Source: Phycisphaerae bacterium (GTDB taxonomy: Bacteria > Planctomycetota > Phycisphaerae > UBA1845 > Fen-1342). Taken from it: DNA of 64,000 nt. Shown here piece after piece: positions 50,698 through 63,141 of this stretch. The notes below the pieces were generated by a model. It worked only from the letters and a program-made list of their open reading frames with translations, had not been told where the DNA came from and made no database searches. The stretch covers positions 800,001 through 864,000 of the forward strand of contig CAXXWX010000026.1 in the NCBI GenBank assembly GCA_963675745.2, written 5' to 3'. The first letter of the stretch is position 1; every line of letters starts with the position of its first letter. Both the position numbers and the translations under genes were made by a program.

Positions 50698-51389
50698 ACG
50701 CGCTGCCCTGCCGCTTTCCGTTGTGCCGCGACCTGTGCCGCCTGGCGTATGGTCTCGTACGCGTCGCGCGGGTTGGGTGCCTTGAAAATCGCTGAACCCA
50801 CGACGAGGTTATTCGCCCCGGCGGTGACAACCATCGGTGCCGTGTCGAGGTTTATTCCGCCATCGACCTGGAGCTGCTGTTCGGCCGTCATGCGCGCGGC
50901 GAGCTCCGAGATCTTGTCGAGGCAGTCCGTGATAAACTTCTGTCCGCCAAACCCGGGCCAGACAGTCATGACCAGAGCAAGGTCAACGCTCTCGATGACG
51001 TCGAACACGGCGCTGGCCGGCGTGCCGGGATTCAGCGAGACGCCAACCGTCACGCCGTAACCGCGAATGGTCTCGATCAGTGCGGCGGGATCGTCCGTTG
51101 TCTCGATGTGAAAAGTGATGTGGCCCGCACCGGCATCGACGAACGCCTTTGCCAACTTGTCCGGCTCGGTGACCATCAAGTGCACGTCGAGCAGCGCGGC
51201 GCTGCACTGTCTGACGCTCGTGACGACCCCCGGCCCAATCGAGAGGTTTGGGACAAAGTGCCCATCCATGATATCGAGGTGCAGCCAGTCGGCGCCGGCC
51301 GCTTCGACCTCGTTGATCTCCTCACCCAGCCGGCCGAAATCGGCATTCAGCAGTGAAGGGGCGATTCGGATGTTGGGCACGTCGGGCAA
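50694..51389 (-). CDS. rpe: Ribulose-phosphate 3-epimerase
   Basis: IAPSLL.ADF, HLDIMDGHFVPN, DVHLMV, MTV.PGFGGQ, VDGG. Confidence 0.97.
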   Translation of the reverse strand: MPDVPNIRIAPSLLNADFGRLGEEINEVEAAGADWLHLDIMDGHFVPNLSIGPGVVTSVRQCSAALLDVHLMVTEPDKLAKAFVDAGAGHITFHIETTDDPAALIETIRGYGVTVGVSLNPGTPASAVFDVIESVDLALVMTVWPGFGGQKFITDCLDKISELAARMTAEQQLQVDGGINLDTAPMVVTAGANNLVVGSAIFKAPNPRDAYETIRQAAQVAAQRKAAGQRV

Positions 51390-51401
51390 GTGGTGCTCCG
51401 G

Positions 51402-51471
51402 TCAGGTGTCAGCGGTCAGCGGTCAGCAGTCAGCTATCAGCTATCAGCTATCAGCGGTCAGCTATCAGCGT
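51402..51471. repeat. Tandem heptamer array of 10 units (nine TCAGCnn, the first TCAGGTG)
   Basis: tcaggtg tcagcgg tcagcgg tcagcag tcagcta tcagcta tcagcta tcagcgg tcagcta tcagcgt. Confidence 0.92.
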
Positions 51472-52714
51472 TGTCTATGATCTCGATCGGGTCGAATTTC
51501 TTGCCTTCGAGGAACTTCAACGACGCGCCGCCGCCCGTGCTGATGTGCGTCATGCGCGCCGAAAGGCCCGCCTGCTCGACGGCCGCCGCACTGTCCCCGC
51601 CCCCGATGACGGTCACCGCGCCGCGATCCGTTGCGCGGGCGATGTGCTCGGCCAGGGCGAATGTCGCCGCGTCGAACGGCTTGATCTCGAAAGCACCGAC
51701 GGGACCGTTCCAGACGATCGTATTGGCCTCTGCGATGACCTGTTCGTACTGCGCCAGCGTTTTGGGCCCGATGTCCAGTCCCATCATGCCGTCCGGCAGG
51801 TCACCTTCAATGACAGCGGACTCGACGCCCGCCTTCAGTTCACCGGCCGCCACGGAGTCAACCGGCAACTGGAGCTTCTGGCCGGCTTCGGCGAGCAGCG
51901 AACTTGCGAGATCAAGCTTGTCCAGCTCGCAGAGGCTCTTGCCGACCCGTTTGCCTTGCGCGGCCCAGAAAGTGTAGGTCATGGCCCCACCGATCAGGAT
52001 GCGGTCGACCTTTGTCAATAAACTCTTGATAACATTGATCTTATCACTGACTTTGGCGCCGCCCAGGACCGCCACAAAAGGTCGCGGCGGAGCTTCCAGC
52101 GCTTTCCCCAGATACTCAAGCTCTTTTTGCACCAGGAAACCGATCGCGCGCTTGCCCGGGCCCAGGAGCTCGGGCACGTCGTACATGCTGACGTGCTTAC
52201 GGTGGCAGGTGCCGAACGCGTCATTGATATAGACGTCCGCGAGGGCGGCCAATCCTCTGCCGAATTGACTCCGGGCCGCGTCCTGCTCGGGGGTCAGTTT
52301 GCCGTCCGCGTTCTTCTTGGCTTTGTCGATGACCGTTTCGGCCGGATTGAACCGCAGGTTTTCCAGCAACAGCACCTCTCCGTCGGCGAGTTCGGACGCC
52401 GCCCGCTCCGCCTCAGGCCCTGTGGTCACGTTGACAAAGGTGACCGGCTTGCCGAGCAGATCGCTCATCCGCGCGGCCACCGGCGCAAGTGAAAGCTTGC
52501 GATCCTGCTCCGGGTCGCCAGTGGGGCGCCCTAGGTGGCTCATCAGAATGGCCCGACCGCCCTGATCCATGACATACCGCAGCGTGGGAAGGAACATGCG
52601 AATGCGGCGGTCGTCGGAGACATTCTGGTCGTCGTCCAGAGGAACGTTCAGATCGGCGCGGATCAATACGCGTCGGCCTGCGAGTGAAAGGTCGCGGACG
52701 GACTTCTTGGCCAT
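51458..52714 (-). CDS. pgk: Phosphoglycerate kinase
   Basis: [49 protein letters not shown]. Confidence 0.98.
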   Translation of the reverse strand: MAKKSVRDLSLAGRRVLIRADLNVPLDDDQNVSDDRRIRMFLPTLRYVMDQGGRAILMSHLGRPTGDPEQDRKLSLAPVAARMSDLLGKPVTFVNVTTGPEAERAASELADGEVLLLENLRFNPAETVIDKAKKNADGKLTPEQDAARSQFGRGLAALADVYINDAFGTCHRKHVSMYDVPELLGPGKRAIGFLVQKELEYLGKALEAPPRPFVAVLGGAKVSDKINVIKSLLTKVDRILIGGAMTYTFWAAQGKRVGKSLCELDKLDLASSLLAEAGQKLQLPVDSVAAGELKAGVESAVIEGDLPDGMMGLDIGPKTLAQYEQVIAEANTIVWNGPVGAFEIKPFDAATFALAEHIARATDRGAVTVIGGGDSAAAVEQAGLSARMTHISTGGGASLKFLEGKKFDPIEIIDNADS

Positions 52715-52816
52715 GGTCTTATCCCTCAGACGCCAGTTGTAGCTGTCACCGCCGCTCAGGCGGCTGACACTCGGACGACCTCCAGCAACCCGCTGGCCGC
52801 CGCGCAGGTTCTAAGC

Positions 52817-52845
52817 CAAAGACCCATCCAAGGGATGGGTCTTTG
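52817..52845. other. Perfect 13-bp intergenic hairpin between gap and pgk
   Basis: CAAAGACCCATCC-AAG-GGATGGGTCTTTG. Confidence 0.7.
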
Positions 52846-52878
52846 CGCAACGCCGGTATTTTATGCGAGTCTCTCGGA

Positions 52879-55119
<2,241 letters not shown>

Positions 55120-55120
<1 letters not shown>

Positions 55121-55914
55121 TGCTTGCGCTGGCGTGTATCGCGGTCGTGCCGATCATAATGTGGCTCAGCCAGAGCGTGCTGGTGCGGCGCGCCGGGTTA
55201 CCGCTGCGCTGGCGCATCAGCGCGGCGGATCTTCCGCGCAACTTGAAGCGGATTAACCGGGTGATGACCAACGTGGCGTTCGCCGTCGCCCTGATCGGGT
55301 TTCCGTTTCTGCGCGGCCAATCGCCGTTGGGCTACTACGTGGGTTTTTTCCCGCTGGGCGCTGAGGTCGCGCGGCTGCCGTATGGGGCCGCGGCGGCGAT
55401 TCTATACCTGGCTCTGCTGTATCTCGCGTGGCTGCTATCGGGGAATGTGCGCTTCGAGCTGCGACATGCGCCGACGCGCCTGATCAAGCGCCTCGCGGGC
55501 GTACCACTGACCGCCATCCTGGCGGCCCTGGTTGAGGAACTGCTGTTCCGCGCGATACTCCTGGCCGATCTGATGCGATCATTCGACACGACCACGGCCG
55601 TCGTCCTTGGCGTACTGGTTTTCGCCGGCGCTCATTATGTGCGAAGCGTGAAGCGCTATTGGACGTTTCCGGGACACTTGGCGCTGGGGGTGCTGTTCTG
55701 CGTTGCGTTTGTGGTCACAGGAGATTTGTGGCTTTCGACCGGGCTGCACGCCGGCGGGATCATCGTGTTGATGGGTACGCGGCCGTTCATCCGTTACACG
55801 GGCCCCGGCTGGATCGTCGGGGCCAGCATTTTCCCCTACGCCGGCGTGGTCGGTGTCGCCGCGCTGGGCTTGCTGACACTGAACATATGGCTGAGCTATG
55901 GTGGCACAGGATGA
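55120..55914 (+). CDS. CPBP (CAAX protease-like) intramembrane metalloprotease
   Basis: EELLFR, F...H and H..G motifs; multiple TM helices. Confidence 0.88.
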
Positions 55915-56342
55915 GCATTGACGGGCAGATATCACAGACGGTAGTCGTCTGTGAGAAGGATGGTGATTGCGCGGACCTGGTTCGGCGATATCTCGAAGAG
56001 CGGCATTTCGGGGAAGTCCGCTGGTATGCGCCGCGTGATCTGAATGATGTGGACCGGCAGGTCTGCGCCGGTGCTGCGCAGCGTGTGGTCTTCGGGCAGC
56101 CGAGTGACTTCCTGGAAGGCGTCTGGAATGGTGTCCTCGACTTTGACTGCTGGCAGGCCGCCGGTGCGGATATCCTGTTCGCCGACGAGACAACGCGCGA
56201 CGACGCTGCGTGGCTGACCGCCATCGCCGGCAGTTGGAAGCGATATCGTCAGCGGACGAGGAATGCGCGCATGATTGCCGGGCTGGTGCTTAGCGTGGTC
56301 GCGGTGGCGGCGGCATTCGTGGTGATCCTGGCCGCCGGGTGA
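55911..56342 (+). CDS. Hypothetical protein with C-terminal TM helix
   Basis: ATGA overlap with the CPBP gene; hydrophobic C-terminus. Confidence 0.65.
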   Translation: MSIDGQISQTVVVCEKDGDCADLVRRYLEERHFGEVRWYAPRDLNDVDRQVCAGAAQRVVFGQPSDFLEGVWNGVLDFDCWQAAGADILFADETTRDDAAWLTAIAGSWKRYRQRTRNARMIAGLVLSVVAVAAAFVVILAAG

Positions 56343-56355
56343 TTGCGAGCCGCAG

Positions 56356-57135
56356 TCAATCACCACGCCGACAGACCATGATCAAGTCGGCGCTCTCCTC
56401 ACGAACGTACGGCTCGTCGTTGTACCCGCCATAGAACCGTGTGTCACCGCCGCCGCCCTGCTGGACGGCGCGCCGGAGCTCATCAGCCTCGATACCGCGG
56501 ACCACGGCGGTGCTGGTGAGCTCTTGCGGCGGGTCGCTCGACAAATCTACCTCGACGAATTCGACGTACCCCACGCCGCCGGCGCGGTGGATTCCCTTGA
56601 GCAGCAGCGTGTCACGTCCACGCATCGTTTGGCGCAGGCACTTCTGCCAGATGGTCGGCCCCTCCTCCAGCCGCCAGAGATTGAGCACCTGGACCATGCA
56701 GAGGCCACCCGGACGCACCGCGGCGAGCATTTGAGCGATTACCGTGGCGACCTGGATCTGATCCGCACAGATGGCCAGTGAATTGCCGACGCAGACCACG
56801 TTGTCGAAGGTGCCGGCGTGCTCGGGCGGTTGATCAAACGAGCGTACCACCCAGCGCAGGCGTTCGTTCTCGCCGTGCCGGGCGCGGCTGGTCTCGATCA
56901 TCTCCGCACTGAGGTCCGCGCCGGTAACATCCAGCCCCCAGGAGTGAAAGAGTGCCGCATGGTGTCCGGTGCCGCACGCGACATCCAGCACCCGGTCGCC
57001 GCTGCTCGATCGAAACAGCCGCTTGTAGAACGGCGTTTCGTGGGCCAGTCTTCGTGGCCAATTGACCATGGCGTCGTAGCGCTCGACGGCGCTTTCGAAA
57101 ATGCTGCCCTCGGGCGCGGCTGACATTGTCATCAC
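56356..57135 (-). CDS. Class I SAM-dependent methyltransferase
   Basis: VLDVACGTG, G.DLS.EM, FD.V.C.GNSL, RPGG. Confidence 0.9.
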   Translation of the reverse strand: MMTMSAAPEGSIFESAVERYDAMVNWPRRLAHETPFYKRLFRSSSGDRVLDVACGTGHHAALFHSWGLDVTGADLSAEMIETSRARHGENERLRWVVRSFDQPPEHAGTFDNVVCVGNSLAICADQIQVATVIAQMLAAVRPGGLCMVQVLNLWRLEEGPTIWQKCLRQTMRGRDTLLLKGIHRAGGVGYVEFVEVDLSSDPPQELTSTAVVRGIEADELRRAVQQGGGGDTRFYGGYNDEPYVREESADLIMVCRRGD

Positions 57136-58322
57136 CTTTCGATGGTGCCGTGCATTGCCTTCCGCGCCGCCACGACGTGTTCGTAAAACGCCGCCAACTC
57201 GCGCGCGTGCCTTGCCATCGAGGCCTGCTGGCGGAACTCACCGGCCACGGCCTGGCAGGCGTGCTTCAGCTCGGGTGATAGGCAGTGCTTGATCGCATTG
57301 GCCAGCGCCGTGGCGTCCGCCGGTGAATCCAGCACAACGCCGTGCTTGTCCGGCTGCATCATTTCGGCGGCACCGTTGAAGCAGGTGGTCACCACCGGCA
57401 GTCCATAGGAGAGGGCCTCCAGCACAACGCGGCTGCACGGGTCGTACCAGGTGGGGTGTGCCAGCACATCCGCCGCCGCGTACCAGTCGGACAGGTCGGC
57501 CGTCGCCCCCAGCCAGCGCACCCGGTCGGCGAGGCGCAAGCGTCGTGCCAGTCGCTCGTACGCGGGGCGCTTGCCGTCGCCAGCGATGATGAGCACCACA
57601 CCCGGCGCATCCAGCCGAGCAAACGCGATCAGCAGCTCGCGCAGCCCCTTCAGCTTGTAGTTGTGCCCGACGAACAGGACCAGCGGGGTTGCATCTGGAA
57701 TCCGCTCCCGCGCGCGCAACTCCGCGCCGGCGCGTGATGTGACGGCGGTGTCCACATCGACACCGTTGAATACGACGCGCACCAGGTCGGCCGGGTAGTC
57801 GAATCCATCCACGACCTGCCGGCGCACATAGTCCGAAACCGCCGCCACATGCGGCCGGCGACGGCCTCGGAGCAGCTCGCGTTCGAGCAGTACCAGGAAA
57901 CGCTGGCGCCAGCTCAACCGTCGATCGACCCACTTCATCATGCGCGCGACGATCGAGCGTTCGAGTGCCACATTGCGCGCGATCGTCTCAGCGTAGGTTC
58001 CTCCGCGCGGCTGATACACGTTGGCCGACATGCACGGCATGACCGCGTGGACTATGTCGTAGCCCTCTTCGCGACAGTGCCGATCGGCGCCGCGCACAAA
58101 GCCGATCACCCGTGCGATTCGCGAACCGCTGGTCACGCGGATGCGCTCGAAGGCCACACCCGGTACGGCGGCGTCGCTGTCGGTCGCATCATCCGCAGCG
58201 CGGCACACCACGGTCACGTCCAGGCCGAGAGCGGCGAGGTTCCGCGCCATCTCCACGGTCGATGTCTCAGCGCCGCCGCGCTGCACATCAACGGTCTCTT
58301 GAACAATGGCGATTCTCATCAT
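57132..58322 (-). CDS. GT4 glycosyltransferase (WaaG/RfaG-like)
   Basis: GGAE, NGVD, F.G.....KG, PT.YDPCS.VVLEA...GLPVVT. Confidence 0.9.
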   Translation of the reverse strand: MMRIAIVQETVDVQRGGAETSTVEMARNLAALGLDVTVVCRAADDATDSDAAVPGVAFERIRVTSGSRIARVIGFVRGADRHCREEGYDIVHAVMPCMSANVYQPRGGTYAETIARNVALERSIVARMMKWVDRRLSWRQRFLVLLERELLRGRRRPHVAAVSDYVRRQVVDGFDYPADLVRVVFNGVDVDTAVTSRAGAELRARERIPDATPLVLFVGHNYKLKGLRELLIAFARLDAPGVVLIIAGDGKRPAYERLARRLRLADRVRWLGATADLSDWYAAADVLAHPTWYDPCSRVVLEALSYGLPVVTTCFNGAAEMMQPDKHGVVLDSPADATALANAIKHCLSPELKHACQAVAGEFRQQASMARHARELAAFYEHVVAARKAMHGTIER

Positions 58323-59170
58323 GCCCGGCCCTTGCGAATCTCACGTCGTAAGATCGCGTCGCTGCGGCGCGCGACGCGCACGGCAAACCAGCGCACGCGC
58401 GGCGCGCCGCGCGGCAGGCTGAGATAGGCCTCTAGCAGGCGCAGTCGATCGGCCCGTGATGCACCAACCCGGCGCGCCGAGTAATCGAGCTGCGACAGGT
58501 CCTTGAGGACCCAACGCATCCGCCGCAGGTGCGGGCGGTGCGTGCGCGCGAGATCGATCAGCGCGAATGATGGCGGGCGGCGCCCGTCGGGATCGAGGTC
58601 TACGAAGATGTGGCAGAGATACAGATCGCGGTGGCAGTAGCTGGTCTGGTGGAACGCCGACACAAAACGTCCCAGGCGTCTGATCATGTCGAGACGAGCC
58701 AGGCCGCGCGTTATCGGTGCGCCGCGCTGCTCGCACTCACGCCACACGCGGTCAAACGCGTTTCCAGGAACGCGCCGCAGCAGGACAGCGCTGCGACGTT
58801 CGAAAGGGCCGACCATGCTCTCGACGACACCGACCGGCTCGGGCACGGGCAGATAGGCCTCGGACAGCCGCACCGATTGCCGGTATTCCCACCAAGCCCG
58901 ACTGTGCCACGGGAATTGGCGCAGAAGGCGGTCGAGCTGCTCGCGTAGGGGCGTACGGCCATAGCGTTTGACGTACACGACGGCCGCGCCATCGTCGGTG
59001 GGCAACTCCCAGCGCCAGCGCTGCCGACCACCCAGGCCGGGCTTGGTCAGCGCGGTCCACGATCCGGCGAGTTCGTCCGGATCAAAACCCCTGTTCAGGA
59101 AGCGACGCAAGTGACTTGCGCCCGCGGCGCCGAGCAATCGTTGCCAGGCAGAGGCGATCATCTCTCTCAC
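58319..59170 (-). CDS. LPS core heptose kinase (WaaP/InaA family)
   Basis: YVKRY, HRDLYLCHIF, LIDLAR, KDLSQL. Confidence 0.85.
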   Translation of the reverse strand: MREMIASAWQRLLGAAGASHLRRFLNRGFDPDELAGSWTALTKPGLGGRQRWRWELPTDDGAAVVYVKRYGRTPLREQLDRLLRQFPWHSRAWWEYRQSVRLSEAYLPVPEPVGVVESMVGPFERRSAVLLRRVPGNAFDRVWRECEQRGAPITRGLARLDMIRRLGRFVSAFHQTSYCHRDLYLCHIFVDLDPDGRRPPSFALIDLARTHRPHLRRMRWVLKDLSQLDYSARRVGASRADRLRLLEAYLSLPRGAPRVRWFAVRVARRSDAILRREIRKGRA

Positions 59171-59171
59171 G

Positions 59172-60095
59172 TTAGCCGGCACCCTCGGTTGTAGCCGATC
59201 CGATCGCGGCGCTCTCCTCGGCGGCGAGCGATTTGCTCCAGGCCACAAACCGGCTGTTCATGCGAATCCGCTGTTGCTCGTGGTGGCACCACTGCCGGGC
59301 CATGCGGGATAGCTCTCCGATCTGCTCCTTTGCGTCGGCGGTCAGGTGCTTGATACCGAAGTAATGGCGCATGAAGCGCAGGCGTTCGGTCCGCGTGGTG
59401 AACGGAATCGCGGACGTGGCCATCTTGGCCAGCTCCCACAGCCACCAGCGGCCGCCGCGGCCGAGCCGCTCTATCCTCTTGGGCGGCTCCGAGTCCAAAA
59501 GGAAGAACTCGGGCTCGGCGGTGGGCCCCCAACGGACGAGCACGTTGCGCCAGAACAAGCGCCCGTGGGCGAACCCGGTACGATGCAGGCGGGCGATCAT
59601 CTCGGCCAGGCGCTCGATCATGAGCATACGCTGCCGATGGGCTAGCTGGGTCTCTCCGGATTGGACGGCCTGGGCGAACGTGGTCAAGTTCGGCGCGCCG
59701 GGCACGTCCTCGGTGATGAGGAAGCAGGCGGCAATGAGATATCCGCAGCGCCGCCAGCCATATGCCACCGGCCGCACCGCCGGCACGCCGAGCTCGCGCA
59801 TGGCGTGCAGCGCGCGGGCTTCGGCCTTTGCGCGGTGGGTGCCAAAGAAAGTCCCGCGAAAGAATCCGCGAAAACGCCGGGCCCAGGTCGGATAGAAATA
59901 GCGTTTGACATAGAAGCCGATGCCGCCGTTTGGGGCGGGAATGTAGGTCGAGTCGGTGGTGCGACTCCAGGCGACGATTTTGCCGTCGGTGCGAGTGAGA
60001 ATGTCCTCCACGCGGTCCAGGCCCGCGGCCTTCAGCGCCGCGCGACACGCCGGCTCGGTCCGCATGTTGTCTGTGTGGAACATTCGGGCACTCAC
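59172..60095 (-). CDS. LPS kinase (InaA/WaaP/Kdo family) homolog, catalytic Asp substituted
   Basis: YVKRY, E...L......GVP, LITE, HGRLFWRN, FFLLD. Confidence 0.8.
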   Translation of the reverse strand: MSARMFHTDNMRTEPACRAALKAAGLDRVEDILTRTDGKIVAWSRTTDSTYIPAPNGGIGFYVKRYFYPTWARRFRGFFRGTFFGTHRAKAEARALHAMRELGVPAVRPVAYGWRRCGYLIAACFLITEDVPGAPNLTTFAQAVQSGETQLAHRQRMLMIERLAEMIARLHRTGFAHGRLFWRNVLVRWGPTAEPEFFLLDSEPPKRIERLGRGGRWWLWELAKMATSAIPFTTRTERLRFMRHYFGIKHLTADAKEQIGELSRMARQWCHHEQQRIRMNSRFVAWSKSLAAEESAAIGSATTEGAG

Positions 60096-60137
60096 CTGCC
60101 TGAAGCGGCTGCTCGCGTCTGAACCGGGCGGCGTCCG

Positions 60138-61223
60138 CTACACGGCTGCGCCGCTGCTGCTGCGCTGCATTACCTGTGCCACGGCCGCCATGACCATATC
60201 CGCCGTGACCAGCCTCATGCACTCGAGGTCAAGCGGGCACTTCTTCAACTGGCACGGACCACACTCTACCAGCGCCTGGAGCTTGATCTCCAGTGGATGA
60301 TGCGAATCCGTCCATTCCTGGAACGTCGGGCCGAAGATGCACACCGTCGGCACATCGAACGCCAGGCCGTAGTGACGCGGGCCGGTATCGTTGCACACCA
60401 GCGCGGCCGCATCGCGCACCAGCGGCTTGAGCGACCCGAGCGTCGTGCCCGGATTGTAACAGACGGTGACTTCCGCGTCGGCCCTGTCGGCGATCGTGCG
60501 CATCAGGGCCGCTTCGTTCGTCGCACCGACAATAACCGGCTGGAGATCGAGTTCCCGCCGCAGCCGCATCGCAACTTCAGCAAAGCGCTCAGGCAACCAG
60601 CATTTGGCCGCCCCGAACGCCGCTCCGACGTTAATCACCGCGTAGCGCTTCGGCGTCAGCTTGTAGTGTTGCTGCAACGCGGCGCCGGCGGTTTCCTGTT
60701 GCTCGGTCACACCCAGGCGCAAGCGGAAATCCGTCACCTCGCAGCCGGCGCGCTCGGCGAGGGCGGCGTAATACGGCAGCATCGGCGCCGGGACGTATTC
60801 GCCGCGCAGCTTGAGCGGGCAGAGCCGGTCGGTCAGCATCCAGCTACGGCCGTCGCGGGCGTATCCTATCCGCCGCGGCACACCGCCGAGGTAGACCGCC
60901 AGTGCCGAGCGAAACGAGTTCGTCAGCAACAGCGCCAGGTCGAACCGCCGACGTCGAATCTCGCGTCCGAGGCCGACTAGGCGAACGTCGCGTCCGACGC
61001 CCTTCCCCTCGGGCCAATACAGCTCGGCGTCATGCCACGCACACCCGGCGACAATCTCGCGGGCATACCTGCGGCAAAGAAACGTAATCTCAGCATCTTC
61101 GAACCGCGCACGCAAAGCCGCCAGAATCGGCGAAGCCATCACAACATCGCCAACCCAGTTGGGAAGGGTAATGAGAACGCGACGGGGCGCTTGGATTACA
61201 GGGCCTTGGGCGGTTATTGGCAT
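60138..61223 (-). CDS. waaF: Lipopolysaccharide heptosyltransferase II (GT9)
   Basis: PNWVGDVVM, GA.FG.AKCW, NDTGPRH...A, IFGPT. Confidence 0.92.
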   Translation of the reverse strand: MPITAQGPVIQAPRRVLITLPNWVGDVVMASPILAALRARFEDAEITFLCRRYAREIVAGCAWHDAELYWPEGKGVGRDVRLVGLGREIRRRRFDLALLLTNSFRSALAVYLGGVPRRIGYARDGRSWMLTDRLCPLKLRGEYVPAPMLPYYAALAERAGCEVTDFRLRLGVTEQQETAGAALQQHYKLTPKRYAVINVGAAFGAAKCWLPERFAEVAMRLRRELDLQPVIVGATNEAALMRTIADRADAEVTVCYNPGTTLGSLKPLVRDAAALVCNDTGPRHYGLAFDVPTVCIFGPTFQEWTDSHHPLEIKLQALVECGPCQLKKCPLDLECMRLVTADMVMAAVAQVMQRSSSGAAV

Positions 61224-61354
61224 TGTCGCGGTAGTCTAACGCACGGGTGTGTTGGTGTAGAGGCGGTATTTCACGCGACGCGAATACGGCGGAAGCCATC
61301 TTTGGCGCGGCAGGGCGTTGCGTCGTTGTTGATTGGAGGCTTTACTTTGCATCC

Positions 61355-62275
61355 ATGGTGGGCAAGAGAGAACGAGCTTCTGGCGACAACCCCTCAATAA
61401 TCGATCAGGCGAAGCGCCTCGCGTTGATCGCGATCTGCTCGGATGATCGGCTCCTCGATACACTTGTATTGAAGGGTGGCAACGCGCTCCAGCTTGCGTA
61501 CGGACTCACCGCTCGCGCGTCGATTGACCTTGACTTCTCGATGGAAGGCGAGTTCGCCCCGGACTCGCTCGAGCCAACGCGCACACGGATCGCACATCGC
61601 CTCCGTCAATCATTTCGGAGCGCGGGACTCGACGTATTCGACATCGAATTCACTGAACGTCCGCCGGAAGTGTCGGAGGAGTTCGCGAGTTTCTGGGGTG
61701 GCTATCGCGTGGAGTTCAAGGTCTTGCCGGCCGCGCGTTTCCGCGAGCTTGCGGGGGATCTCAGTGAGGCGCGTCGGCAAGCTCTGCCGGTCGGGCCAAG
61801 GAATCGCTCGCGGTTTCGCATCGATATCAGCAAATTCGAGCGCTGCGTCGAAAAGAAGCGGATCGAGATCGACGGTTACACTGTCTTCGTCTACACACCG
61901 GCGATGATCATCGCGGAGAAGCTGCGTGCGATTTGTCAGCAGCGCCCGGATTACACAACACGGCTACAGAAGCATCGCAGCGAACGAGCACGTGACTTTT
62001 TCGATATTCACGAGACTCTGCAACACTGCCGGGCGGAACTCGATGCCCCAGCGTACGCGCGTCTGATCCGCGAGGTCTTTGAAGCGAAACGTGTTCCATT
62101 GCGGTTGCTCGGGGAAATCTCTCAGGACCGCGAGCTGCATCGAACGGGCTGGCCGGCGGTGGTTGACACCACCGAACCAACCGTCAACCTCCGCTCGTTC
62201 GACTTCTATTTCGACTTTGTTCTCGACATGTGCAAACGACTACAGCCCTTGTGGAACGAATATCCTCCAGCTTGA
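61355..62275 (+). CDS. AbiEii/AbiGii family nucleotidyltransferase (type IV TA toxin)
   Basis: LKGGNAL...Y...RASIDLDFS; C-terminal EKLRAI and RARDFFD. Confidence 0.88.
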   Translation: MVGKRERASGDNPSIIDQAKRLALIAICSDDRLLDTLVLKGGNALQLAYGLTARASIDLDFSMEGEFAPDSLEPTRTRIAHRLRQSFRSAGLDVFDIEFTERPPEVSEEFASFWGGYRVEFKVLPAARFRELAGDLSEARRQALPVGPRNRSRFRIDISKFERCVEKKRIEIDGYTVFVYTPAMIIAEKLRAICQQRPDYTTRLQKHRSERARDFFDIHETLQHCRAELDAPAYARLIREVFEAKRVPLRLLGEISQDRELHRTGWPAVVDTTEPTVNLRSFDFYFDFVLDMCKRLQPLWNEYPPA

Positions 62276-63130
62276 ATCATGGCGCGGGAGCTTGAGCTGG
62301 TAATCGAGATAGAAGTCGTGCGTGATTTCGAACTTGCTGCGAAACAGCTCGATCGCATGTGCGGCATAGGCGCCGGATCGCTCCAGGTAAAACCCAATTG
62401 CCTGATGGTACGGGTACACGTAGTCGAGCTGGCGCAGTAGGGCCGCGAGCCGATTTGTCGACGCGCGGTCGGCCGCCGCGCGATACGCTTTGAGTACCTC
62501 CGCAACACCGCCGGCATAGAACGGCCGCACCGCGATGTCGATGAGCGTGCGCTCGATGTCGGTGACGCGCGCTTCGATTGTCGCGGGCGACTTTCCACGG
62601 CCGACGCGCCGGACTTCGACACCGAGATAGCCGGTGTTCTTGCCGTTTAAAAGGAACACGCGTTGCCCGTCAACAGTGGCGACGTTTGACGTAATCCTCG
62701 GACGACGTTTGAACGCCACGTCGATCTGATGCTGGGTGAGCGATGCGCCACTTATGGGCTTGGCCGGTTGTTCGTGGTTTACGTAGATTGTCTTTGGGTC
62801 CTGCTCGGTGAGCTCGTGCATCGCCATTGCGCTGTAGTGCGAGAAGTGGCAATGCGGCTTCAACGTCAGCAGAACTTCGAGAAGATCGACCTCGCCCCAC
62901 GTATAGCGAATCTCCTTGCGATGCGGGAATGGCAGGTCGACGCGCCTGAGCTTGGAGCTGCTGCGGAGGTAGCGGATGAACTCGTTGACCGTCGTTCTTT
63001 GCGCCAGCCGCCATTGGTCGCGATTTTGAGAAAGCAGTCCTTCAAGGTCGGAGTGACGTAACACAATCTGCCCCGCGGCCTCGATCTCGCGGATTATGTC
63101 TTTCCTGGCTATCTGAAGGCGTGTTGGCAT
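62240..63130 (-). CDS. AbiEi-like antitoxin / transcriptional regulator (type IV TA)
   Basis: SH.SA...H.LT.Q.P..IY and T..ERTLID...P...GG..EV motifs; alternative ATG at 63145. Confidence 0.8.
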   Translation of the reverse strand: MPTRLQIARKDIIREIEAAGQIVLRHSDLEGLLSQNRDQWRLAQRTTVNEFIRYLRSSSKLRRVDLPFPHRKEIRYTWGEVDLLEVLLTLKPHCHFSHYSAMAMHELTEQDPKTIYVNHEQPAKPISGASLTQHQIDVAFKRRPRITSNVATVDGQRVFLLNGKNTGYLGVEVRRVGRGKSPATIEARVTDIERTLIDIAVRPFYAGGVAEVLKAYRAAADRASTNRLAALLRQLDYVYPYHQAIGFYLERSGAYAAHAIELFRSKFEITHDFYLDYQLKLPRHDSSWRIFVPQGL

Positions 63131-63141
63131 CCAGCGATCTC

